64,000 bases of DNA, taken from contig CAYJSN010000005.1 of the NCBI GenBank assembly GCA_964373125.1, forward strand, positions 12,958-76,957. Direction: 5' to 3'. This stretch comes from an uncultured Nitrosopumilales archaeon (GTDB lineage Archaea; Thermoproteota; Nitrososphaeria; Nitrososphaerales; UBA213). The notes under the pieces were generated by a model. The model did no database searches. It had not been told where the DNA came from and worked only from the letters and a program-made list of their open reading frames with translations. Shown piece after piece: positions 8,668 through 17,968 of this stretch. The translations under genes were made by a program, and so were the position numbers. Position 1 is the first letter of the stretch. Each line of letters begins with the position of its first letter.

Positions 8668-9210
8668 ATGGACAGGAAGAGACGGATCGCTCTGGTTGCC
8701 GCTGCGGCGGTAGCGTTTGCGGTCGCGTATGCGGTCGGTGCGGAGAGCCGGCTCAGCCAAGAGGAGGCGCATGGTATCATGGACGAGTTTGCGGAGGAGG
8801 TGAAGGGCATAGACGCGCCAGGCATCTTTCTCAACAACTTCAGGATCGCCGCAACGATGTTCATACCGGCGGTCGGGGTGCTGGTGGGGCTGGCCTCGGC
8901 CTACTCGACTGGGGTGGTCTTCAGCGCTATGGCCGAGACGATACCACAGGTGAGGGAGGTCTCGCCCCTCATGGTGCTGGCGACGCCCTTCGGCATAATG
9001 GAGGTCGTCTCCTACGGGATAGCCATGTCCCAGAGCGCGATCTTGGTGGCGGCGATAATGCGCAGGAACCTCAGGTTGATGGTGGTGCCGACGATGGTCC
9101 AGATCGGGATCGTGTGCGCCCTGCTCTTCTCGGGGGCATTCATCGAGTTTTACATGATAGACGCGCTGCCCAATGGCCCCGACTTGGTCGAGCCGGGCAG
9201 TTTCACGTAG
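8668..9210 (+). CDS. SpoIIM-like (DUF95) integral membrane protein
   Basis: ORF 8623..9210 trimmed to the ATG at 8668 (MDRKRRIALVAAAAV...). FLNNFRIAATMFIPAVG and later TM helices resemble the stage II sporulation M family. Confidence 0.55.
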   Translation: MDRKRRIALVAAAAVAFAVAYAVGAESRLSQEEAHGIMDEFAEEVKGIDAPGIFLNNFRIAATMFIPAVGVLVGLASAYSTGVVFSAMAETIPQVREVSPLMVLATPFGIMEVVSYGIAMSQSAILVAAIMRRNLRLMVVPTMVQIGIVCALLFSGAFIEFYMIDALPNGPDLVEPGSFT

Positions 9211-9214
9211 GCGG

Positions 9215-9297
9215 AACTGTCCCCAAAAAGGGACAGTTTGAGCACCACATTTGCGTGCAGACTCTGGCCAGCAAAACTGTCCCTAATTAGGACAGTT
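9215..9297. repeat. two hairpin palindromes sharing the stem AACTGTCC(C)/(G)GGACAGTT
   Basis: Copy 1 is AACTGTCCC-CAAAAA-GGGACAGTT at 9215-9238. Copy 2 is AACTGTCC-CTAATTA-GGACAGTT at 9275-9297. They lie between convergent genes, and each is followed by a short T run in the sense of the gene it follows. Confidence 0.7.
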
Positions 9298-9308
9298 GCC
9301 CGGCTCGG

Positions 9309-10376
9309 TTACGCGACGAACTGGAACCGCTGCTCGCGGGCCGACTTGCTCAGCTTGCCGATTATCGGAATGGGATAACCACAGGCATTGCAGCAGTTGT
9401 GTTCGTCCAGGTCCCACCGGCTGATGTTGTAGCCGTACCTGCCGACAACGATGTTATTGCATTCAGGGCAGTAGGTATGCTCCCACCTGTGCCCGGGGCA
9501 GTTCCCCAAGTAAACATATTTCAGGCCCGCCTCCTTTGCCACCTTGTAGTGCTTCTCCAGCGTCTCGACCGGCGTGGGCGGGAAGTCCATCATCTTGTAG
9601 TCCGGGTGGAACCGGAGGAAGTGAACCGGGGTGTCAGGGCCCAGTTCATCGTACACGAACCTTGAAAGCTTCCTTGCCGCCTCGAGATCGTCCCCCACCC
9701 GCGGCACGATGAGGTCGGTTATCTCGATGTGAATCTTCGTCCTATCCCGCATCTCCCTCAGCGTATCGAATATGGGCTGCGGGTCCGGCACCCCGATGTA
9801 CCTGCGGGTGAACTTCGGCTCCGCGCTGCCCTTAAAGTCAACCGTTATGCAGTCCAAGAATTCATCCATCATGCTCACGGTCTCGGGCGTATCATACCCA
9901 TTGGAGACGAAGATGTTGAAGATCCCGTTCTTCCTGGCAAGCACGCCGCAGTCGCGGGCGAACTCGATGAAGATCGAGGGCTGGTTGTAGGTGTAGGCGA
10001 TGCCCTCGCAGCCGTACTCCATCGTCTTATTAACAACATCCTCCGGCGTCATATCTAGCCCTTCGATCTTGCGCCTCTGGCTGATGTCGTAGTTCTGGCA
10101 GTACTGGCAGAGCCAGTTGCAACCCGTGGTAGCGATGGAGAAGATCTTACTGCCGGGCCTGTAGTGTATGACCGGCTTCTTCTCGATGGGATCGATGTGT
10201 CCAGCTATGACCTTGCCGTAAACGAAGAGGTAGAGCTTGCCGTTGATATTTCCGCGTATGCCGCAGAGCCCGATCTTGCCCTCCGGTATGGAGCAGTACC
10301 TGGCGCAGGCGGTGCACGTGACCCTGTTGCCCTCCTTGTGATAAAGGATGGCTTCCTTTCCGATAACTTCCTGCAT
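9309..10376 (-). CDS. amrS: AmmeMemoRadiSam-system radical SAM enzyme (PflA-like activase family)
   Basis: 355 aa. CNWLCQYCQN is the CxxxCxxC cluster. N-terminal CTACARYC...CG and a C-terminal Cys cluster are typical of this family. Confidence 0.8.
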   Translation of the reverse strand: MQEVIGKEAILYHKEGNRVTCTACARYCSIPEGKIGLCGIRGNINGKLYLFVYGKVIAGHIDPIEKKPVIHYRPGSKIFSIATTGCNWLCQYCQNYDISQRRKIEGLDMTPEDVVNKTMEYGCEGIAYTYNQPSIFIEFARDCGVLARKNGIFNIFVSNGYDTPETVSMMDEFLDCITVDFKGSAEPKFTRRYIGVPDPQPIFDTLREMRDRTKIHIEITDLIVPRVGDDLEAARKLSRFVYDELGPDTPVHFLRFHPDYKMMDFPPTPVETLEKHYKVAKEAGLKYVYLGNCPGHRWEHTYCPECNNIVVGRYGYNISRWDLDEHNCCNACGYPIPIIGKLSKSAREQRFQFVA

Positions 10377-10481
10377 TGAGAGTACTTGCCCGATTTTGGA
10401 TATAAGTCTTCGTCGTTGTCCCGGTTAACGATCCAAGCAATAATGTGAAGCCATTTTATACCGCACCACACAACCTAGACC

Positions 10482-11006
10482 GTGCGCGTCGCAGTCGGCT
10501 CGTCAAACACGATCAAACTCGCGGCAGCGAGGGAAGCCTTCAACCACTTTTACAAGGATGTCGTTGTGATCGGCGTCGGCATAGACGACCTCCAGGCCCA
10601 GCCGATCACGCTACACGGCACAGTGAGCGGCGCCCTCGCTAGGGCCAAGAAGGCACTGGAGAAGACCGCCGATGTCGACCTCGGGGTCGGGATCGAGGCA
10701 GGGCTGATGGAAGTACCAGAGGTCAACAGGTACCTGAACGTCCAGTTCGCGGCGGTGCTCGACCGCGCCGGCAGGGTCACGGTCGGCTCAGGCCCGGGCT
10801 TCCAGCTCCTGCCCGAGATCGAGAGGATGGTGCTGGTGGAGCGAGTCGAGCTCGACAAGGCGGTCGAGTTTCTTTACGGAATCAAGGATATAGGCGAGAA
10901 GCGCGGCATAATAGATCTGATGACGAAGGGCGCTGTCACAAGAAAGGAACTTATAGTAAACGCCCTGATAATGGCGATCGCGCCAAGGATAGGTGAGATA
11001 CGGTGA
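10482..11006 (+). CDS. inosine/xanthosine triphosphatase (YjjX/NTPase I-T family)
   Basis: 174 aa with a GTG start. N-terminal VAVGSSNTIKLAAAREAF is the family signature. A TTTTATA box lies about 25 bp upstream. Confidence 0.75.
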   Translation: MRVAVGSSNTIKLAAAREAFNHFYKDVVVIGVGIDDLQAQPITLHGTVSGALARAKKALEKTADVDLGVGIEAGLMEVPEVNRYLNVQFAAVLDRAGRVTVGSGPGFQLLPEIERMVLVERVELDKAVEFLYGIKDIGEKRGIIDLMTKGAVTRKELIVNALIMAIAPRIGEIR

Positions 11007-11506
11007 GCTCTGCCGGCAACCTATGGAGAAGGATCCACGGCGCCGTAACGAAGCGGCCCACAAACTTCTCCTGGGTGATCGACAGCCTGCTCGCAGGGAG
11101 CGGCATGCCGACGTCGGCCGAGGAGATCGGGTGGGTGAGGGAGAAGGGCATAAAGGCCATCGTGACTGTGAACGATGACCCGCTGCCGGAGAGATGGCTC
11201 GACGGTGTAGATTATCTGTATGTACCGGCGGTCGACCACGGCGCTCCCGACATCGAGGGCATCGAGCGGGCGGTCGACTTCCTGCACGAGCATATAGAGA
11301 GGAAGACGCCCACGATGGTTCACTGCGCGGCCGGGAGGGGCAGGACTGGAACTATACTGGCAGCGTACCTGATAAAGTTCATGGGGATGGATGTTGTAGG
11401 CGCGATCGAGAGGATAAGGAGCCTTCGGCCCGGCTCGATACAGTCAACTTCTCAGGAGATCGCCCTCAGCACGTTCCAGAAATACCTGAAGGGCAGATCC
11501 GCCTAG
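11003..11506 (+). CDS. dual-specificity / tyrosine protein phosphatase
   Basis: 167 aa with the CX5R active site HCAAGRGRTG. It overlaps the preceding gene by 4 nt. Confidence 0.8.
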   Translation: MSSAGNLWRRIHGAVTKRPTNFSWVIDSLLAGSGMPTSAEEIGWVREKGIKAIVTVNDDPLPERWLDGVDYLYVPAVDHGAPDIEGIERAVDFLHEHIERKTPTMVHCAAGRGRTGTILAAYLIKFMGMDVVGAIERIRSLRPGSIQSTSQEIALSTFQKYLKGRSA

Positions 11507-11510
11507 CGCC

Positions 11511-11657
11511 CTACTCGGGCACAGCTTCCGCAACCAGCTTGCCGTTCTGGACCTTGACGAACAGGTACCTGTTGTCCTTGAAGATCAGTGTCAGCTCGTT
11601 GTCCTTCTCCTCTACCTCCATGAGCTCTTGGCCCCGGACGCCGTCGAACTTGGCCAT
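11511..11657 (-). CDS. hypothetical 48-aa protein (below the ORF-track cut-off)
   Basis: Read by hand as ATG...TAG giving MAKFDGVRGQELMEVEEKDNELTLIFKDNRYLFVKVQNGKLVAEAVPE. It fills an otherwise empty 190-bp gap and has host-like codon usage. Confidence 0.3.
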   Translation of the reverse strand: MAKFDGVRGQELMEVEEKDNELTLIFKDNRYLFVKVQNGKLVAEAVPE

Positions 11658-11697
11658 GGCTGATGTGGAGAGCAGTGCGGGATATATCTTTCGCGGG

Positions 11698-12237
11698 CTA
11701 CTCGCAGACGATCTCTACCGCGTCCGACCTTCCCTCGATCTCGGTCTGCTCGGTGTAGGGGTGCCCGCTCCAGGCCGCGGTTACGTGCGCGTAGATCTTG
11801 TGCTTCCCCTTGCCTAGGCTGGAGCCCACCAGCTCGATCGGGCGCCTCACGTCGAAGATAAGTGATTTTGCATGTTCAACGCTCTCCGGCAGCAGCGGCG
11901 CATCGTCGACCACGATCAGCGCCCAGATCTTCTTTGCCGGCGGCTTTGGCTCCAGCTTCGGGTTCCTGCTCCAGTAGAAGGATGCCTTGCGAACAAACGC
12001 GACCGGGTCCACAACGTCGTGCTTGCTCAACGATCCGCTCCGGAGCCTGATGCTATATTCTATCCTGAAGATCGTGTCGTGCCTGTCGTAGGCCTCGGTC
12101 CAGACCTGCTGGTTGAACGCCCCTCTCATCTTTCCGTCCACGCTGAACCGCACCTCGAGCGTGAGGGGCTGATCCATCCTTACCTTGGTCGCGGAAGGGA
12201 TCAGCTTAAGCCCGCTGATGTAGCTGGCCCCGGCCAT
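11698..12237 (-). CDS. hypothetical protein
   Basis: ORF 11698..12246 with its first ATG at 12237 (MAGASYISGLKL...). No family recognised. Confidence 0.5.
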   Translation of the reverse strand: MAGASYISGLKLIPSATKVRMDQPLTLEVRFSVDGKMRGAFNQQVWTEAYDRHDTIFRIEYSIRLRSGSLSKHDVVDPVAFVRKASFYWSRNPKLEPKPPAKKIWALIVVDDAPLLPESVEHAKSLIFDVRRPIELVGSSLGKGKHKIYAHVTAAWSGHPYTEQTEIEGRSDAVEIVCE

Positions 12238-12289
12238 ACCACACAATAGTTTATAACCTCCAATAAAAACTAGTTAGCTGCTGAACAGG

Positions 12290-12568
12290 ATGGAGATCAG
12301 TGTAAGCGAGGCAAAGGCAAGCGAGGTTCTCCTCAACATCAAGGAGGAGGACATCTCCGTGATGTACATACTCCAGCACGAGCTCCTCTCCAGCAAGAAG
12401 GTCGGCTACGCTGGCTTTGCGCTGAGGCACCCGCTCACAATGGAGTACGAGATGAGGATCGTTGCCGAGAGCGGCAACCCCCTGGACGCGCTGGTCGAAT
12501 CCACCAAGTCTGCCGGCAAGTACATAGAGGACCTGTCGAAACTCGTCAAGTCAAAGCTGAGGGATTAA
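12290..12568 (+). CDS. rpoL: DNA-directed RNA polymerase subunit L (Rpo11)
   Basis: 92 aa. IKEEDISVMYILQHELLSSKKVGYAGFALRHPL matches the RpoL/Rpb11 fold signature. Confidence 0.8.
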   Translation: MEISVSEAKASEVLLNIKEEDISVMYILQHELLSSKKVGYAGFALRHPLTMEYEMRIVAESGNPLDALVESTKSAGKYIEDLSKLVKSKLRD

Positions 12569-12572
12569 TGGA

Positions 12573-12908
12573 ATGCGCTTCTGCCCGAAGTGCGGCACGC
12601 GCCTGAGGTTGAAGCAGGAAGAGGGCAAGAAGCAGCCCAAGCTTACCTGCGAAAGGTGCGGCTACTCCACATCCATGGGCGAGGGGCGAAAGCCCGAGGG
12701 AGCAAAGTCTGCAAAGACAAAACCATCGATCAAGGTTCTTGAGGAAGGCGCAGAGCTCGGCGCGCTCCCCACAACAAAGGCGGAGTGCCCGAAGTGCGGC
12801 CACGACACAGCGTACTGGTGGATGCTCCAGACAAGGAGCGCCGACGAAGCTACGACGCAGTTTTACCGCTGTGCAAAGTGCAACCACACCTGGCGGCACT
12901 ATGCATAA
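12573..12908 (+). CDS. tfs: transcription factor S (TFS, TFIIS/Rpb9-like)
   Basis: 111 aa with two zinc ribbons (CPKCG...CERCG and CPKCG...CAKCNHTW) and the acidic loop QTRSADEATTQFY. Confidence 0.85.
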   Translation: MRFCPKCGTRLRLKQEEGKKQPKLTCERCGYSTSMGEGRKPEGAKSAKTKPSIKVLEEGAELGALPTTKAECPKCGHDTAYWWMLQTRSADEATTQFYRCAKCNHTWRHYA

Positions 12909-12937
12909 ATACGGTGCTCTGTTATTCCTAACCCGCT

Positions 12938-13687
12938 TTGCTGGTTGCCAAGACAAAAGGTTCTGAGGAGTGGAAGGCCGTGGCCTCCGCAATATCCACG
13001 CTCGTAGAGGAGGCCACCTTCGAGGCGACCAGCGAGAGCATAAGCTTCAGGGGGATGGACCCCAGCCACGTTGCGCTCATCGACATCCTCTGGCCCAACT
13101 CGGCCTTCGAGAAGTTCGAGTGCAACTCGGACATCAAGTTCGGAGTCAGGGTAGATGAATTCTCCAAGCTCCTGAAGCGCGCAGAGAAGAACGACAGCGT
13201 GGAGATAAGCATAACCGACGAGAATATGCTGCTGGTGAAGATCTTCAACGGCTACAAGAAGCAGTACAAGATGCGCCTGATAGAGAGCACCGCCGGCTCG
13301 ACCCCCCTGCCGAAGATCAGCTTCAACAGCAGGATCGTGTTGTCGACCGGCGCCCTCGACAAGATGCTGAGCGACATCGCGGTTATCTCCGACTACATAT
13401 CGGTCGAGTCCAGCGCCGCCAAGGCAGTTTTCTCGGGCCGCGGCGATGCCGGCGATGCCGAGATCACGCTGGAGCCCGGAAGCGAGGGGTTGGAGGAGAT
13501 CAACGTGAAGGAGGAGAGCAAGGCCACCTACAGCCTCGAGTACCTCAGCAGCATAGTGAAGGCGATCGGGGCCAGCGCGGGCAGCGTAGTATGCGAGTAC
13601 TCGACCAAGATGCCCCTCAGGCTGGAGTTCAAGGTCTCGAACATAGGCAGGCTCTACTTCTATCTCGCCCCGCGAGTCGAGGGCTGA
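12938..13687 (+). CDS. pcn: DNA polymerase sliding clamp (PCNA)
   Basis: 249 aa with a TTG start. ISFRGMDPSHVALIDILWP and C-terminal PLRLEFKV...LYFYLAPRVE are PCNA hallmarks. Confidence 0.9.
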   Translation: MLVAKTKGSEEWKAVASAISTLVEEATFEATSESISFRGMDPSHVALIDILWPNSAFEKFECNSDIKFGVRVDEFSKLLKRAEKNDSVEISITDENMLLVKIFNGYKKQYKMRLIESTAGSTPLPKISFNSRIVLSTGALDKMLSDIAVISDYISVESSAAKAVFSGRGDAGDAEITLEPGSEGLEEINVKEESKATYSLEYLSSIVKAIGASAGSVVCEYSTKMPLRLEFKVSNIGRLYFYLAPRVEG

Positions 13688-13753
13688 GACGGCAGGATCC
13701 GGCCGTTGGCAAAGAATTTATGATCAATGCAGTTAGGGATGCCTTGATTCGGT

Positions 13754-15160
13754 TTGAAGATCGTGATGAAGTTCGGCGGCACCTCGCTCTCCAGCGGGGA
13801 GAAGGTCAGGCACGTCGCGAATCTGGTGGCATCGCACGCAAAGGAGAACAGCGTGATAGCGGTAGCCTCGGCCGTCAGGGGAATGACCGACGGGTTACTA
13901 CAGACCTCCGAGAGCGTGCGGAAGGGCAACAGGGCCGAGATCGAGAAGTTCATCGACAATGCGGCAAAGACACACATGGAGATCGCGGATCAGGCAATAG
14001 AGAAGAAAAAGATTGCCGACGAGCTGAAAAACATCGAGCGCTCGCTCATCAAGGAGCTGGAAGACATACTCGGCGGGATGGTCCTGATGGGAGAGGTGAC
14101 GCCGAAATCTCAGGATTACCTGTTATCCTTCGGGGAGAGGCTCGCGGCCCCGATACTCTGCTACGCGCTGCGGGACACCGGTGTCAAGTCAGAGTTCCTC
14201 ACCGGCAAGGACGCAGGCATACTTACTGATTCCAATTACGGCGAGGCCAAGCCGCTGATGGACACCACGCGGCTCAGGGTCGCCCACAAGCTGGAGCCGA
14301 TGCTGAAGGGCGGCGCAGTGCCCGTAATAACAGGGTTCATAGCCGCCGACCAGAACGGCAACATAACCACGCTGGGCAGGGGCGGCTCCGATTACACTGC
14401 CACGATAATAGCGTCCTGCCTGAATGCGGACGAGGTCTGGCTCTGGACCGATGTAGACGGGTTGATGACGGCCGACCCGAAGTTCGTCAAGGACGCAAAG
14501 GTGCTCAAGGAGGTCTCCTACAACGAGGCGATGGAGATGTCGCTCTTCGGGGCCAAGTACATGCACCCGCGGGCGCTGGAGCCGATATTCGACACCAGCA
14601 TACCGACCCGGATAAGGAACACCTTCAAGCCCGAGAACCCCGGCACCCTAGCCCTGAAGGACCCAAGGGCAGACTCGAGGCAGATAGTGAAGGCGGTCAG
14701 CGCGATCCGCAACAACGCCCTCATCGATGTGAGGGGCGGGAGCATGGTCGGAGCTCCGGGGACAGCCGCGAAGATCTTCAGCGTCCTAGGGGAGAGCGGC
14801 GTGAACATCATAATGATATCGCAGGGCCCATCGGAGTCGAGCATATCGATGGTGGTGCGGAAGAACGACCTGGATAAAGCAGTGAACTCGCTGGAGCTGA
14901 ACCTGCTGGGCAAGATGATAAAGAGCGTGGACGTCACCGACAATGTTGCCATAGTTGCAGCAGTAGGCTCGGGCATGCGCGGCACAAAGGGCGTCGCCTC
15001 TAGGATCTTCGGCGCGCTGGCCAAGCGCGGCATAAATGTGATAATGATCGCCCAGGGCTCCTCCGAGCTGAACCTTGCCTTTGTCGTTGACGACAAGGAC
15101 TGCGAGGAGGCGGTGAGGGCGGTACACGACGAGTTCGAACTCGGCAAGCTCGCACAGTAA
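13754..15160 (+). CDS. lysC: aspartate kinase
   Basis: 468 aa. N-terminal VMKFGGTSL, TLGRGGSDYTA, and two C-terminal ACT-like regions. Confidence 0.9.
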   Translation: MKIVMKFGGTSLSSGEKVRHVANLVASHAKENSVIAVASAVRGMTDGLLQTSESVRKGNRAEIEKFIDNAAKTHMEIADQAIEKKKIADELKNIERSLIKELEDILGGMVLMGEVTPKSQDYLLSFGERLAAPILCYALRDTGVKSEFLTGKDAGILTDSNYGEAKPLMDTTRLRVAHKLEPMLKGGAVPVITGFIAADQNGNITTLGRGGSDYTATIIASCLNADEVWLWTDVDGLMTADPKFVKDAKVLKEVSYNEAMEMSLFGAKYMHPRALEPIFDTSIPTRIRNTFKPENPGTLALKDPRADSRQIVKAVSAIRNNALIDVRGGSMVGAPGTAAKIFSVLGESGVNIIMISQGPSESSISMVVRKNDLDKAVNSLELNLLGKMIKSVDVTDNVAIVAAVGSGMRGTKGVASRIFGALAKRGINVIMIAQGSSELNLAFVVDDKDCEEAVRAVHDEFELGKLAQ

Positions 15161-15198
15161 TAAACACGCACGGCAGGTTTCAGGAAAGAATAAAAGAT

Positions 15199-16014
15199 AT
15201 GGCGTTTGGATCTAGCAGGACGGAGATGTCAGGCAAAGGCAGGCTGTACGTTGTGGGCATAGGCCCAGGCTACGAGGAACACATGACGCCCAGGGCAAAG
15301 CAGTGCATCGGGGAGAGCGATGTCATTATCGGATATGAAACTTACATAGCGCTCATCGAGCCCCTGATCAAGGGCAAGGAGGTTTATTCATATCCAATGA
15401 CGCAGGAGGTCGAGCGCGCCAACCAGGCCATACAGTTTGCCGAGCAGGGCAGGACAGTATCATTAGTGTCGAGCGGCGACCCCGGGATCTATGGCATGGC
15501 CGGCCTTGTTTATGAGGTACTGGCCGAGAAGGGCTGGATCAGGGAGAAAGGCATCTACGTTGAGATCGTGCCGGGAGTCTCGGCCCTCAATGCGTGCGCC
15601 GCGCTCATAGGCTCCCCACTGATGACCGATTTCGCGGTCGTGAGCATGAGCGATCTGCTGGTCCCGTGGGAGATCATAGTGCAGCGGGTCGAGGCAGCAG
15701 CGAGGGGCGATTACGTCATCGTGATCTACAACCCGCAGAGCAAGAAGCGCATCCACCAGCTCAGGGATACCAGAGATATGCTGCTGAAGTACAGGCGCCC
15801 CGACACACCGGTGGCCATAATCAAGGCCGCGTACAGGGACTCGCAGAACATCGTGATGACGGACCTGGAGCATATGCTGGACTACCAGGACAGCCTTGGG
15901 ATGCTGAGCACGATAATCGTCGGGAACTCCTCCACCTTCATGCACGACGGCCTGATGGTGAACCCGCGCGGCTACAGGTCGAAGTACACACTGGTGAAGG
16001 AAGAGCAGGCATAA
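15199..16014 (+). CDS. cbiH: precorrin-3B / cobalt-factor III C17-methyltransferase (CobJ/CbiH)
   Basis: 271 aa. LYVVGIGPG...VSLVSSGDPGIYGMAGL...VPGVSALNA are tetrapyrrole methylase motifs. A start at 15226 is possible. Confidence 0.8.
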   Translation: MAFGSSRTEMSGKGRLYVVGIGPGYEEHMTPRAKQCIGESDVIIGYETYIALIEPLIKGKEVYSYPMTQEVERANQAIQFAEQGRTVSLVSSGDPGIYGMAGLVYEVLAEKGWIREKGIYVEIVPGVSALNACAALIGSPLMTDFAVVSMSDLLVPWEIIVQRVEAAARGDYVIVIYNPQSKKRIHQLRDTRDMLLKYRRPDTPVAIIKAAYRDSQNIVMTDLEHMLDYQDSLGMLSTIIVGNSSTFMHDGLMVNPRGYRSKYTLVKEEQA

Positions 16015-16045
16015 CAGGATAACGGCTTTCTGAAAAATTTTCGGA

Positions 16046-17107
16046 CTACATCTTTGTCAGCTGTTCTATGAGCGACCGCTGGCTTTCAAAGTGCGACCTG
16101 ACCGGCGCAATTATCTTGTCTAGGTACCTGCCGACTGCCTGCTTCAGGTCCTGCGGGTGGAGTTTCTTGTTCACGAAGGCCTGCTCCAGTTCGTTATAGC
16201 TGCCGAAGGCAGTTGTTCCGCCAAACTTGGCCGGCCGCTCGACCGTAAATTCTTTATGCTCGTGGAATATCAGGTACTTGGCTATCTCCAGGACCGGGTT
16301 GTTCTCGGAGACGCCCTCGGGGCACCACGCCTTCCCGAGCTTATCGGAGATCGTCTTCTCATCGTCGTGCACGAAGATGCTCGTCCAAGGCTTCGACTTG
16401 CTCATCTTGCTCGAGATTCTTCTGTCCATCCCGGCCTCCTCGTCCAGCCCTAGGCTCTCCGGCTCCGCCAAGCCCGGCAAGAGGTGGTGATGAACGGCAA
16501 CGGGAACCTTCCACCCGAGCTTGGGAAACACCTCTCTAACCAGCATGTGGACCTTCCTCTGGTCTATGCCGGCATGAACGATGTCAAGGTCGAGTGCCCA
16601 GATATCGGTGGCCTGCATCGACGGGTAGAGCAGCTGCGCAAAGTCCAGCTTGTCCTTCTCGCTCCTACCCATTATCGTGAGGGCGCGCATGGCCCTTGCG
16701 AGCGTAATCTGCTTGCTGAACTTTACCAAGTTCGCCCAGTAGTCCGGGGTGCGCCTGTACAGGTCGGTTCCCAGCACCACCTCAACGCCGGGGCAGAAGA
16801 ACCGAAAGGCATCCTCGTAGTAGTGCGCAGCCTTTTTGATCATCTGCCAGTCCCCGCCGAGCTTGTCGTTGATGTAGGTGTGCCAGTCGGCAAGGAATAC
16901 CGTACATTTTACGCCGGCCCTGACGAAATCGTTTATCTTGTAGCCCGTCAGCACTAGGCTGCCGAGGTGGAGCAGGCCGGAGATCTCGATCCCAATGTAG
17001 TGCCTCGGGCTCGGGTTTGTGCTGAAGACGTTTGTTAGCTCTTCCCTTGTGATTACTTCTTCCGTAGGCTCCCTGAGGACGAGCTCGACCTTGCTGGTTA
17101 CGTCCAT
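16046..17107 (-). CDS. tyrS: tyrosine--tRNA ligase (class I, TyrRS/TrpRS subfamily)
   Basis: 353 aa. HIGH-like LLHLGS, KMSKS present, and YPSMQATDI typical of TyrRS. TrpRS is not fully excluded. Confidence 0.75.
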   Translation of the reverse strand: MDVTSKVELVLREPTEEVITREELTNVFSTNPSPRHYIGIEISGLLHLGSLVLTGYKINDFVRAGVKCTVFLADWHTYINDKLGGDWQMIKKAAHYYEDAFRFFCPGVEVVLGTDLYRRTPDYWANLVKFSKQITLARAMRALTIMGRSEKDKLDFAQLLYPSMQATDIWALDLDIVHAGIDQRKVHMLVREVFPKLGWKVPVAVHHHLLPGLAEPESLGLDEEAGMDRRISSKMSKSKPWTSIFVHDDEKTISDKLGKAWCPEGVSENNPVLEIAKYLIFHEHKEFTVERPAKFGGTTAFGSYNELEQAFVNKKLHPQDLKQAVGRYLDKIIAPVRSHFESQRSLIEQLTKM

Positions 17108-17327
17108 CTGCAGTGAATTTGGAACGTTGGGCTATAAACGTATACTGAAGTGCAAACGCTGTTGCCTGACGAAACGGCTTACTCCATGATCCTTCGCACG
17201 TCGCCCTCCAGGGCTCCGGCGCCTTGAGGATCAGCACATCGGTGCTCAGGATGCGCTGCAGCTCCATGCCGAGCATCGAGCTTACGTTCTCCGACTCTGA
17301 CATGCAGAAAAGGACCTTTCGGTTTAT

Positions 17328-17894
17328 TTAAACCTGCTCGGGCGCTGACCTCTGGTCGATCCTTGCCATCACATAGAAGGCGTGCGCGCTTATAACAAAT
17401 GCAGCAAGGAACATCTTGGTTGCAAAGACCAAGCTCCAAGGCGTCTGCGGGTTCGGATACGGAATGTTGAGCACGTCGATCCTTACTATCCCGCTTATCG
17501 CATCCGCCGTCATCAGGGCATTCCAGACGACGAAGTTGTAGATCACCTCGTAGAAGGTTACTATAGCAATCATCAGCGCGACAAGCTTCAGGACCGCCCG
17601 GGCGGTCCTGCTCGTCTTCGCGGTCTTGCTCCTGCCTATCTTCGTAACGCAGTACCAGCCCGCAACCGATGATATCATCAGGTAGGTGACAAGCTTGGCG
17701 AAGCCCGGAAACGGAACCTCGGTGTCAACGAGCACCTCGCCTATCACGACCCTCCCAGTAGAGAGGTACTCCATCACGCTGGTCGCCAGCGCGTATATCG
17801 TGATGGATAGCATGATGGCGGCGCAGGCGTAGAAGATCATCTTGTAGAAACGCATACTCCGCCGCTCGTCCCGCTCAACGCTGGTTGGCTGCAT
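17328..17894 (-). CDS. integral membrane protein (4-5 TM helices), unknown function
   Basis: ORF 17328..18059 trimmed to the ATG at 17894 (MQPTSVERDERRSMRFYKMIFYACAAIML...). The upstream part overlaps the degT start region. Confidence 0.5.
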   Translation of the reverse strand: MQPTSVERDERRSMRFYKMIFYACAAIMLSITIYALATSVMEYLSTGRVVIGEVLVDTEVPFPGFAKLVTYLMISSVAGWYCVTKIGRSKTAKTSRTARAVLKLVALMIAIVTFYEVIYNFVVWNALMTADAISGIVRIDVLNIPYPNPQTPWSLVFATKMFLAAFVISAHAFYVMARIDQRSAPEQV

Positions 17895-17968
17895 TTCTTG
17901 ATGCCTATTGTCGAGCCCGAGATAAAAAATTTCCGTTAAGTTGATCCGCGCCGCTACAGATTTATCTT

